From: Tricharina praecox
Taxonomy: Eukaryota
Direction of reading: 5' to 3'
DNA: 64,000 nucleotides
NCBI RefSeq assembly: GCF_024521635.1
Contig: NW_026250428.1
Location: 1 to 64,000, forward strand
The notes under the pieces were generated by a model, which was not told where the DNA came from, made no database searches, and saw only the letters and a program-made list of their open reading frames with translations. Position numbers and translations under genes: made by a program. Below, one piece after another: positions 46,681-57,650 of the stretch. The stretch's first letter is position 1. Each line of letters begins with the position of its first letter.

Positions 46681-47491
46681 TGCCTAGCAACGGTATAAAA
46701 ATATACTGTTGAGCTTGCAACAGCTGTGTACGAGAAGATTGGATTGGTAGTCTTAGTGGAAGGTGCTGGTGAAGCACCGGTGCAGGATAATGGACGGATC
46801 GAGGCAATTCAACTAGATTTCCGTATCATCGAAGAATAAATACGACATATCACCTGATATGGCATGAAACCAAATGGGAGGCCATCGCCAGCAGCAAGTC
46901 TCGGACTTTGATGGAGGAGTCTAGTTGTAAATATTTTGTTTTAGAATAATTTTACTATGAGACGAGTAATCGCGGCAAATATCTGAATGTCTTTTGACAT
47001 CATTTTCGATGGGATTGTATGAAGGACATGAGTCGGTGTGCCGCGGAATCTGCTATGGTTGTGCTGTGCGGGCGATGGTGTTGGGCGGACGAGGGTGTTG
47101 TGCCCACTGCTGTGCGGACGACGGTGTGGGTAATAGATATGTAGACAGGACGACTTTTCGACAGGCGACAGCCACACCCACATGTGTTGTACCACACGCT
47201 AAATGTTAGCGTTGCGGCCGCTAGAAAAGATTCCATTTTTTCACTCCTATGTTACGTGTCCCCAACCATACCAAGCCTTTGTACCCCGCACCATATGTAC
47301 GCAGGGCGATCGGCGGGTCAGTGCGGGGTCTGAAACCGGACAAACCACGGAAACCAGTCACCCTGGTTCTGCGGATTGCGCCAACGATCCTTACCGACAC
47401 TCCGCAGGCCCTCCCGATACAAGCAAGTCGAGACGCTATCCTCATCGTCATCATCAACATCTTCAGACCATCCTCCATCAGAGTCGCCGCC

Positions 47492-50254
47492 ATGTCGGGG
47501 ACCTGCACTTGGGCAAAGTGCACCCGCGTCGGGGTCTGTAAGGTTTACCTGAAAATTCTCGGGCGCCAGTTCTGTGCGTCCCATTGTGCGCTCCATCGGG
47601 AATCCATGGGAATCGAGGATTTGTGCGAATTTTGCAACGGTGATTTCCAGACGACACCAGTTGTCGGAGACGTCGACCGCCCCATTCGGTCGGACCTCAC
47701 TCTACAGCAACCACGACGGCCGGCCGGACAGCACCCAAGCTACGCCGTTGATGAGCCGTATGCTAGCAATCCAGACACCGGCACTCGCTGGCTAACACCG
47801 GCTGCTCAGCCGGCTCAATATGTTTTCCCCCAAGCTTCGGTTCAGCACTACTATCCTTCTGCGAGACGAACCGAACAGCAGCACGATTACGCGAAAGCCA
47901 CAGAGAAATGGCCACAGCAACCGGAACACGTCACGGAGCGACCATCTCGAAACCAGAAAGGCTCCGCGGATGAGCTACAGTACCCCGCCGCGCGCGATTT
48001 CCGAACTCTGGACGCTCCCGACACGCAGGGAGCTGCGGGACGACAGCCGCGGGGTTGGGGCGTACCTGGGCGAGAGCCAGGGCAAAAACAACCACCATCA
48101 TCAGCACACCGGGATGCATCTAGGTTACCGCCGCCGATCCTCAAAAGTCTCGCGGTTCAACCGGTCCCAAAACCGATACTGAAGCCCCCCAGAAAACTGG
48201 AATTTCAGCCATCAAGGACGGACACTTCCGCCGAGAAATGGGCGACCCAGCGTTCCGTTGCCCCGCCCGCCCCCATAAACCCGGTGCCCCCACAGAGCAG
48301 GGGGGAGCGCCCATGGAACCAGTATGGCTCCGAAGGGCAGCGCCGCCCCCGTGAACGGCCTTACTCGCTGCGGACTCAACCCCCGTTCAGCACGAGGCCT
48401 GGAGCGCCACATGTTCGGCCGCCCCCTACATACTCGGATTCAGAGGACTCGACATCCGAGGACGACAAATTCTCCACCACCGCCCCCGAGCCTGCCTGGC
48501 AACCACAAGAGCACGACCTACCCGAGCCACAACTGGCTAGGAAACCGCAACCGCAACGGGGGCGGCAGCTCAGATTCGAAGAACCGGTCAAGCAGATTCA
48601 ACCGCGCGGGCGGAAGGGACCTACGACGTATTTCCCCGCCGCCGATCAGCCATCCCTGTGGGATCCGCAGCGCCGCAAGGCGAAACCTGCATTTCCGGAT
48701 CCAGTGCCAGGCCCATCCTCGCCCGCATCGGCAAAACAGCTTTCCGATGGGAAAAGCCCGCGCCGTCGAGGCGAGCTAGCCCTGCAACCTCTGGATCCAG
48801 TCATCAGCACCACTACCGAAATAAAGCCCCTGAAACCTGTCGCAAACCGACACGCCTCGCCAGTCGTCGACAGGGGGCATTCACTCCCCACCACCTCGCC
48901 TGAGCGTACGCACAATCCGAAAGCAAAACGGCAAAAAGAGGTCTCCGTGATTCCGAAGAAGAAGCCATCCGCACCGAAGCCGCGCCGGAATGTCAATGAG
49001 CATCGGACTCTACGACCACGACCAACAAAACAACAAAATGCGACAGAACCGGTCGCTCCTGCAAAGTTCCCCATCAGCGGTGGAGGTCACTCCGAACCGC
49101 GACTTGGGCGCGAGTCCGCCTCCGATTCGGAATCCGCAACCGACCCCACGCGAATCCCACTTTCCGAAGGGGAATCCACAGACGATTCCTCCTCCGTTTC
49201 GGATGATACTGCCAAAACCGGGAAGCAAGCCTCCCAGCAGGAAGAGATTATCGTCCGTTACCGTTTCCTTGAGGACCTCGAATCTGCTGCTCTCCGGAAC
49301 GTCTACCTAGACAGCGTTCCCATCCCCGAGGTCTACCGGGAGTTGGTCGATAACCTACCCGCATATTGTATCGATAATGGACAGGAAGATGGCGAGCCCG
49401 ATATCGATGTCTTCGGTAATCCCCGACCACCGCCTGAGCGGTCGAGCAGCCACATTCCCGATGCTCCATTGGAGCCAGTGCCAGAGCCAGAACCAGAGCC
49501 AGTGTTGGATTGTTCCAAGGAACCTCTTCCCAAGCCGCAGCATTCTCCGGATTTCGAAGAATTTCCCTGTGAGGAGCATCAAAGGCCACCCGTAGGCGAA
49601 GATCTGGCCGCCGACCTCAACCCTGCATTCGTGGAGTACGACGGGGGGACGTACGACGAGGAGGAATACTTCGAAGATGCGGAACAGGAGGCTTACGGAG
49701 AAGATGCCACATACAGCCCCGAAAGGGATCCGCACGAATCCGACGAAGCACCTTCCGACAGCTCCAGCGCAGAGCCTTCGCAACCCTACCTTGACGGCTC
49801 ATCGGATCCAATCGACGAGCTCCTCTCCCTCTGGGAGACGGCGTCTCTCCCCGACCATTCCGTCGCGCAAACGTTCGAGAACGATCACGATTCCATCCCA
49901 TGGCACACATCCGGCGGCAGCGACGTGGCCAAAACCGAGCCATCCTTCACCGACGATGCCGACCCCCAACCCCAACGAACACCCGCTTCGGAAGCAGTGG
50001 GAGCGTCCGCAACGGCGGAAATCTACATTTCGGAAACCTGCTACACCAAGAACCGGAAAAACTTTTATGCAGTGCACGCGGGCAAAAGAGCAGGGATCTA
50101 CGGGACGTTCCCGGAGATGCAAGAGCAAACCTTGGGCGTGTCGCGAGCTAGGATCACGAAGTACCGCAACTTAGACGAGGCTAAGGCGTCGTTTGACGAC
50201 TGGGAGACGAAGGGCCTGTATCGCTCGCCGCCGAAGAAGGAGGGAGAGCCTTGA
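47492..50254 (+). CDS. Intronless 920-aa protein: N-terminal Cys/His cluster, long Pro-rich and acidic disordered middle, C-terminal RNase H1 hybrid-binding (Cauli_VI/viroplasmin-like) domain
   Basis: gccgccATG start. N-terminus CTWAKC...C...FCASHCALH...CEFC. C-terminus KNFYAVHAGKRAGIYGTFPEMQEQTLGVSRARITKYRNLDEAKASF matches FYAV..G...GIY..W.E...Q..G...A..K.F....EA. No RNase H catalytic domain. Confidence 0.8.
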   Translation: MSGTCTWAKCTRVGVCKVYLKILGRQFCASHCALHRESMGIEDLCEFCNGDFQTTPVVGDVDRPIRSDLTLQQPRRPAGQHPSYAVDEPYASNPDTGTRWLTPAAQPAQYVFPQASVQHYYPSARRTEQQHDYAKATEKWPQQPEHVTERPSRNQKGSADELQYPAARDFRTLDAPDTQGAAGRQPRGWGVPGREPGQKQPPSSAHRDASRLPPPILKSLAVQPVPKPILKPPRKLEFQPSRTDTSAEKWATQRSVAPPAPINPVPPQSRGERPWNQYGSEGQRRPRERPYSLRTQPPFSTRPGAPHVRPPPTYSDSEDSTSEDDKFSTTAPEPAWQPQEHDLPEPQLARKPQPQRGRQLRFEEPVKQIQPRGRKGPTTYFPAADQPSLWDPQRRKAKPAFPDPVPGPSSPASAKQLSDGKSPRRRGELALQPLDPVISTTTEIKPLKPVANRHASPVVDRGHSLPTTSPERTHNPKAKRQKEVSVIPKKKPSAPKPRRNVNEHRTLRPRPTKQQNATEPVAPAKFPISGGGHSEPRLGRESASDSESATDPTRIPLSEGESTDDSSSVSDDTAKTGKQASQQEEIIVRYRFLEDLESAALRNVYLDSVPIPEVYRELVDNLPAYCIDNGQEDGEPDIDVFGNPRPPPERSSSHIPDAPLEPVPEPEPEPVLDCSKEPLPKPQHSPDFEEFPCEEHQRPPVGEDLAADLNPAFVEYDGGTYDEEEYFEDAEQEAYGEDATYSPERDPHESDEAPSDSSSAEPSQPYLDGSSDPIDELLSLWETASLPDHSVAQTFENDHDSIPWHTSGGSDVAKTEPSFTDDADPQPQRTPASEAVGASATAEIYISETCYTKNRKNFYAVHAGKRAGIYGTFPEMQEQTLGVSRARITKYRNLDEAKASFDDWETKGLYRSPPKKEGEP

Positions 50255-51618
50255 TTCCAAAGTTTCGGTCAGCGGTTATTTCGCGCATTCCATCGCACGG
50301 ATATTTTTCTTTGCTTTTCAGACTTGATTTATAGTTTGCTTATAGTTGCGACGCGGGGGGAAATCTCAAAATAGCAGCTCGCCTGATTCTAAGGTCGCTT
50401 TTGGTTTGGCTTCTTTTTTGTCGGTAATGCCTATGACGATTCATTTGTATGTACGGATCTAGAATGCACGTTTTTTTTTTTCCTGGGTGTGGGTACATCT
50501 CCAGTCCCTGCGCATCCAACCGGACAGTTAGCAGGTTCAGGGTATATCCAGAGGCGTGACATTCCGAGAGTACGTAGCCCGCCGCATCTTGCGTGAGTGG
50601 GTGGTGGAGTGGGACTGTGAAGTGGAGGTGGTCGTGGTGGGGATGGTGGGGATGCGGTGGTTAACTTACCTATCCCCTGAGTACATTCTCGTATATCCAT
50701 GAACTTTTCGAAGTTCTTTACGAATGCTGGTAGAAATGCGAGCTCTAAAAGTATTATTGCTAGCATATCCTCAGTTGACTGAAGTAATCAATTGAAGCTC
50801 ACTGGTTGCTACAATGATGATTGTGGAAAATTTCCACAGCAGTGATTCGAGCCATAAAATATCTTATCTCTGATCACGATGGACATAATATGGATGCCAA
50901 TAAGCGAGACGCTTCTACGGCTTGATTGTTCTTGAGACTCGAAGCCTCGAAACCTCGCGTGTAGAGTATGTGCTTCACAAGACCTGTTCCCATCAGATGA
51001 ATAACCTCAACCCGGTAACCTCCCAAGGACGGATTGTGTTTTTCCAGAGACAGAGATCGCATGCAAACATCGCATGCAGCTTCAAGAGAAGTAAACAACC
51101 AGTCGCCCCACGATGAACACCCTCGAGAGTAGCCAAGGAAGCGAAGCAAATTCCAAGTTGCCCCGATGCGGCAGGCAACAAGTCGAAGCGCGACCGAAGC
51201 AGCCGCGAAGAGAAATGAGAGTTTTGAACGGGAAGAGGCGAGGAGAATGACGGAGTGGAATATGCCGAGTTTCGTCTGCGCATCAGCTATCTGAGATACT
51301 CCTACCACCAACCAATACCCTGTGCGCGCAAGCTCTCGGAGAATACCAGAAGCCGGGGAAGCGAACGACCCGGTTGTCTTAGAGAGTCGTTTAGATACCG
51401 CGGGAATCTGGATGATCCTAGTAGTTACCTCACAGCGAATCATGCCGGATCTCGGTTAACGACTACGTCCCATCCTGTTGAATTTTCGCGTCACGAATGT
51501 AACGCCGTACACTGTGAGTGTCCCCAATCCGAAAAAGCAAACAGACCATAGTTCTAACCCAAGAAACCGAACTGAACGCCAAAAGCATACCAGCAGCCAA
51601 TCGGAAATAAACGCGCGC

Positions 51619-51981
51619 TCAGAAATCAAGCAACCATACGATCCGATATCTCCGACAGCAAGGAATGTACCAGACCAACGCGAGCATGGGGTTGATGTTG
51701 ACGAAAATCCATTTCGCGCCGTCGTGGCGTACGCACTCGTCCTGGATCACCGGGAATGTTGAGCTTTCGGGTTGCAATGCGTAATAGACGCCCGGCAGCC
51801 CCCGTCGTTCGCTCTCCTCGTGGGCGATGTCCAATAGCTCGAGATCTGCGAGGAGCTCATCGACTTCCGTCTGGTGGTGCTGCTGTTCCTGCATGCCGCG
51901 CCGTGCTATCTCGCCGCCGCTTCGTTCGGTGGCGGCCCAGTATTCATCGGCTTCGGAGCAGACGTTCCAGATGTCCGGCAT
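51619..51981 (-). CDS. Hypothetical protein (~120 aa)
   Basis: cacacgATG start; protein-like composition (EVDELLADLELLDIAHEE); no family recognised. Confidence 0.3.
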   Translation of the reverse strand: MPDIWNVCSEADEYWAATERSGGEIARRGMQEQQHHQTEVDELLADLELLDIAHEESERRGLPGVYYALQPESSTFPVIQDECVRHDGAKWIFVNINPMLALVWYIPCCRRYRIVWLLDF

Positions 51982-54591
51982 CGTGTGTGCGGGTAGGGAA
52001 AGATGGTGACAGTGCTTTTCCGTGCTGCTTATTCGGTTAGTACATGGAAATAACTCGGGACCGCGGGGATGGTAGTCGTACAATATTGACCAACGAAATG
52101 CCGTGAGTATAAAACAGACCTTGCGTGGGTCAAAACTGCACACTTATGGCCGCCGTCGCTCGAGCCAAGGAGAATTTTGGGTTATCGGGCATCACGGTGG
52201 TATCCTATCGTGGGAGCGGGGAGCAAGGAGGATCCACATGCTCACTATCGAGAGCGGGTGATATCCCCAAGCCACCCACGATATAAGTCCAACCCCTCAC
52301 CCCACCGCGACCCGGAATATCGGATGCACGAACCAAGGTGGACATACTTGGAATCATACAGAGTAGTTGAGCTACACTCTGCTATTTTTCCACGTGCCGC
52401 GACTGGCGTGCTGGCCCCAGAGGGCGAGCCAGGCAATGGGAGGCGGCAGGAAAGGCGGTATGTGTGTCGATATAGTAGTCGCCGCTTTGGTCTCGATACT
52501 GAATGAACGAGGTAAATGTGGTTTCTGAGGTTGTGGTTTCGTCCTGGCCGAGCACGCGCGTGGTCACCAAAGTAATATCCAGTGTTGTAGCAACTGCTGT
52601 GGTGAGGACTGTTAAAAACATTCGGCAGGAATTGCCGCCTCCACGAGAAATCGAGCCATCTCCACATCACGTGCTCGATGACCAGGAGATCACAAATCCG
52701 AAGAATTGCAAGAACGAGTGTCCGTGATGAGCTAAGTGCGCCAGACGTGGCGATTAGCCCTCGGGGTGCCAGTCTGTGGCGGCAAGGGTGGGCTGGCGAA
52801 TTCCGGTAGCATGGCGAATGACGACGAGGCGGCCTGGCCGTGGCGTGTGATGTTGACCACTGAGAGCATTTCCCCGCCCACCAATAGGACCACGGGGCAA
52901 TGTGGTTGTTTCGCTCCTCGGAGAACGGAGAAACTGTAATGCTCAGTAACTATCGCAGGGCAATGAGAACGGGGCTTTCACTGCAGCCACCTACATACCG
53001 GTAGTCCCCATAGCTTGTTGAGCAGAGCCCATCTCTCGCATGACGGGTTGACTGGTGTGTGCGTGTGAACCCTCACCGCCAAGACCCTCCCCTCCCTTTC
53101 GGTGCCCACGATTCGAGGTCCTACCTATCTCCCAGCTCCTGCATCGTTTACCCCCCACGGTGCATCCATTCACACCGGTGCGAGGGTGTGTCGTATCACT
53201 GCCGACAACGAAACACGTGGGTGTTGCGATTCACCGGAAAACTGCTCGGATGGATTGTTGAAGATCTGACGAAATGATATTGAAGGAAACAGATTATTGT
53301 GGAACACAAAGGGAACTCCAGGAATTCCAAGCAAACTTTCTAAGCTAATATTAAATAGGCAGGAAAACGCGTGATAGCCCGGCAGGAATTATTGATGGAG
53401 CCAATCGCTCAGTGAAGTGAACATAACTGACCATTGCACCCCTGGAATGCTTAGAGAACTTCAAGAGTAACGCTCGAATCAACTCTTCATGTCCAGAGAG
53501 AAAAGACCAGCAGTATCATCGAAAGGGAATCCGCTAGGCATAACGGTCCCAGAAAGTTTGTCCCTTCGAGATGTCTCCTTCCTTTCGAACCGAGTTGCAT
53601 GATCCGCCCATTCAGCACTCCGTACGCAGACCATTGGTTCTACACTCCCTATTTTGGTGAAGCTATATGCATGTACATAGATTGCTAAAAACTTTGCCCA
53701 CTAGGTTCGAGATGATTATATCAGGGATTGGATTAAGTGAAGCAGACGCTGTGATGACTGATAGACTCCCCTCAAAGTAGGTACAGCTGCCACGGACCCG
53801 ATCTCTAATCTAATCATGATCGAACCTACCGGCAGTAGGTAGTTCGAATTTCATGGCGAATTCCCCCCCCCCCCCCCCCCCTAGAACTCCAAATCGACAC
53901 TGCCGTACGTCCGCGGACTGGACGGCCGCACTATCAACCGACTATTCTTCGGCGACCTCGACGACTGCTCGGAATTCTTGGCGGCTTGCATATGAATCGA
54001 AGAGCACCGCTGTTTCCACTGCTTGTACGATAGGCCTTGTGCACTGGGCTCCACGACTCCTTATCTGACGGAAACATCGGTATTGCCATATCGGAGGAGA
54101 CGTGGCTAGCGACTGAGTGTAAAATGAATTGAAATCATCTGCGCAGCCGTGGGACACTTACGAATAGCTGTAATAACGTAATTGCATCTAAAAAGGATCT
54201 TTGATAAACTGTTGCCAATGGCCCGAACGATGGTAAATTGTGTGAAGTCCTGAGAATGATACTCGAGTAATTGTCGAGTCAATTCCCGTCAGCATCGGAA
54301 GTATTGACACAAGTCATTAAAAGAGAAACCTCCGGATGATGGCCAATGATCACTACGGCTCAGGGTTGAAGACGAATCGTGTTTATATTTCACGCGGAAT
54401 TGAAAAGTGAAAACTACGGCATGAGACCGTAAAGGACGGTGAGCCGTATACCGAGCGACCCCCATCTACGCATTTGGTGACCACTGAGGCGGGAGAGCTC
54501 ACTTATTCCTGGCGTATGAGAGCACATCGACAGAGGCAAGCCACAAATGAGCGGACTATTTATTCGAACGCTAAAGTGAGAGTGAACCCTA

Positions 54592-54843
54592 CTACCGCAG
54601 CGGATTCACCTCCTCATCCTGAATAGCAAGCCATTCTATGTCTGCCTGTTCCATGTAGATGCTTGCGATTGTTTCCTGCATGGTGCTGAGGATACCTCGG
54701 ATATCGGAGTCCCGGGGAACGACACGGTCGCGGGATTCTTGTAGTCTGAGGGCCAAGGTGCTCATGGTATCAATGAGATCCCGACGACGTTGGAAGAGGG
54801 AAACAATGATGGTTTCGGAGGTAGAATCGGCTGTGTTCGACAT
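54592..54843 (-). CDS. Small helical hypothetical protein (83 aa)
   Basis: accgccATGtcg start context; amphipathic helical pattern; no family recognised. Confidence 0.4.
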   Translation of the reverse strand: MSNTADSTSETIIVSLFQRRRDLIDTMSTLALRLQESRDRVVPRDSDIRGILSTMQETIASIYMEQADIEWLAIQDEEVNPLR

Positions 54844-55400
54844 GGCGGTTTAAGGGTATTTATCTGCTGTATGTTGGGCAAGAGTCGAGGGGAAGCCCGG
54901 TTTTGTGCGTGCCGGGGGATCCGTGTTGAAGGTGGACTCAGATGAATGTGATGCTTTGACAGGGGGTGTGCAACACGATCGTCAGTGAAACCGTCGAAAC
55001 CAACTCTTGCCGTTCTTTGTTCATCGTCCGCCTTTCGCTATGCAGAGGGTTTCCCAGCTTCACATTTATCCTGTGGGTACATCAATAATAACAGTCTATT
55101 CAAAGCACATATCGATCCGTCTCAGAAGTGTTAATTACCCACACACTTTCAGTGTGTTTTTCGATCCTTGAGTCGGTGTGTTTTATGTGTATTTTTGAAC
55201 ATGTACTTCGAAAAGACAATTTAATCGTATTCATACGATAGGCAAAGAACATCCAAAGAGTAAAGTAGAGAAGTGATCTTTCCAACGGTAGAAACTGCCG
55301 ACGTCATTGGATTGAACACTGTTCGCAGTGTGCTTATTAATAACCGGATAACTAACAGCCTACAGGTGGCTTTCGAAGCACGTGAAAAATGCAGATTTCA

Positions 55401-56288
55401 CTTAGATAGGAAGATAGATCATCTTATCAGCGGACTTTGGGATCTACAGGCGAGGCGCTAGCGGTGACTAGTATTAGCGCACATCGCCGCCCTTTTCTCT
55501 CGCACGTCAACCCCTTCCTTTCTTTTTCTCCCACCATCCTTCGTCATCATCACCATCCACACACTCCTTTACAGAGCCCTGCGGGGCAGCCACCAATATC
55601 GATACTTCCACTACTCAAACTTCGGAACACACTTCTTCGTCGACGCCGAAATATATTGCGTTTTCAATGCCGCGAGTCGTGAGTCTTCCATCATCTAACT
55701 TTCACAATGTTCATTCGGGTTAACATCTCTCAAGTACTACTGCGAGTCCCGCTCAGAGTTCCAGAAATTCGGTCAGCAGCACCGAGGGTCTAACTCGCGG
55801 GTCTTTCGCCGTGGGCCTGTGGGTGAGTGGCTCATGATTCCGCGATAATCGCCTTCCTCCTCTGCTCATAGCTGACCGAACCTAGAAACCGCCAAGAAGG
55901 CCCATGGTGGGCGGTCTGTGTCCAGTCGATTCACTAGATAGATAGAAAATACTACTGGAGTCGGGGCATAACCAAGGCCCGCCGTGGGAGGGCTCAGATT
56001 CCCAGGCAGGCCTGGGAATCGTCCGCGCGTCTGTCGCGGTCGACATCCGGGTGAGTGGCTCCTGATTACGCAATACCCGTCTTCCTCCTTTGCACATAGC
56101 TGACCTAACCTAGAAGCCCCAAGGAAGGCCCACGGTGGGTGGTCTTTGTCTCCCAGGAAGTATATACACTAGATAGAAAATATCACCGGAGTCTGGGCAT
56201 CGATGTCTTAAACGTCTTCTTTCTTTCGCATTGCTTCCTTCCATTTATTGCGTTCCTGCTAGCTATGTCTTGTCTATATCATATATGT
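55401..56288 (+). repeat. Dispersed inverted duplicate of 7305-7915, with an internal tandem duplication of intron 2 plus exon 3 (~55820-55970 and ~56048-56200)
   Basis: See 7305-7915. A second 63-nt GTGAGT..GCTGAC..TAG intron lies at 56051-56113. Confidence 0.9.
55667..55941 (+). CDS. Small three-exon orphan gene, copy 2 (exons 55667-55678, 55735-55822, 55886-55941; 51 aa from this ATG); possibly a pseudogene
   Basis: Introns 55679-55734 (56 nt) and 55823-55885 (63 nt). MPRV|YYCESRSEFQKFGQQHRGSNSRVFRRGPV|ETAKKAHGGRSVSSRFTR*. The frame is also open upstream to ~55535. Confidence 0.45.
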
Positions 56289-56714
56289 ATCTGCGTGCCC
56301 AATGCCCATGAAATTTCACCCGCCACCCCAGCCCTTCCTTCCCTTCCGTTTCCTCCTCGTCTTCCCCCTCCCAGCACTACAATATTCATACTTATAACAC
56401 AGAATTCCTCTTTGCCCGGCTTTGGGTGCTGGGTACGTGGTTGTATGTGGCCGTTAATGGATCATCATTTGGGCTGTTGCCCATTGCCACATTACAAATG
56501 TGTTTAGTAGCTTTTTTTTTTGTGACACGTGTCTGATGAACCAGGTATAATATGATTTGAAGTCCTCGCCAAGTTAGGAGTGTTGGTTGTCGAGATATGC
56601 CGGCGAGAAACATTCTTCACTGTCGTAAGCAACCCGATTCCGCCATTCCGCAAACGAGTCATGGGTAGGATCTCGCCTTCGAGCACTTGTTCGAGAAACG
56701 GTCAAGGCCGGTAA

Positions 56715-57650
56715 CTAGACGACACATGCACTGGAAGTATCGTTGCCCACGATGATCGCGTCGATAATCTCAGCAAGAAATTGAACCGTCGGTATGAATT
56801 TTCTAGACCGCGATTTTGGGCAGATTACCACGCAGCGAGACAGCAAGAAACACTGCACCTGAAGTAAAAGTTTAAAGGCCGCGGCCGTGGCGCTATTTCC
56901 GCGGTGTCTGTAGGGGGCGAAGTCGATGAAGTCATCTGCGATCCACGGCTTGTTGATATCGGAGAAATTAAAGGCGGTGAACAGCTCTTCAAAGGTGGGC
57001 CTGAAGGTGGTCTCGCGGATTTCGTCCGGTTGAGCAATGAAGAAGAGCCGTCTGAACAATGGAAACGGAGGAGCCGTAGATTCGAAACCGGCGATCTCGC
57101 CAAAAATCTCTTTCTGCATGTGCCGGACCGCAGGACTGAGCCTCGCCAGAGATAAGCCGTTCGCGCGCGGGATAATGGCTGGGATTGGTGCAGAAAAGGG
57201 TACTTCGCCATAGCCCTCGGGCCTCAGGAAGCTCGGCGTCACGACGACCTCGACAAGATCCCACCGCCTTGGGACCTCGACGAGAAGTCGATAGACCGTG
57301 GAAGTTTTCAGCCACCACTGATGGTAGCTGCTCGCAGAATTCGGGCTTTCAAACAAGGAACCCTCACTGATCAATCCGTCATACAGCTTTCGAAGACGTG
57401 CGGGCAGGATTGTGGATGGCCTGCGATAGTCATTGATCAAGGCCACGATGTTCGTGGACAGACGGTGTGGTCCCCGGAGGGCGAACGGCTCGCACGGCGC
57501 CCTGTGTCTGCAGACAGTCAGCAGTATGTCGTCGATGGCCGCGTGAAATCCCGGGTGTATGTCACGCACTACGTCCCAGTCCGGGAGTTACAGCAACTTG
57601 AGTATGATGCGGAGTACATCGAGCGGAAGTTGGTGAAGGTTGATGGCCAT
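56715..57650 (-). pseudogene. F-box protein gene with a single premature stop inside the F-box
   Basis: accATG at 57650 gives MAINLHQLPLDVLRIILKLL*LPDWDVVRDIHPGFHAAID (TAA at 57590-57588), in frame with the 284-aa ORF ending at 56715. Confidence 0.7.
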
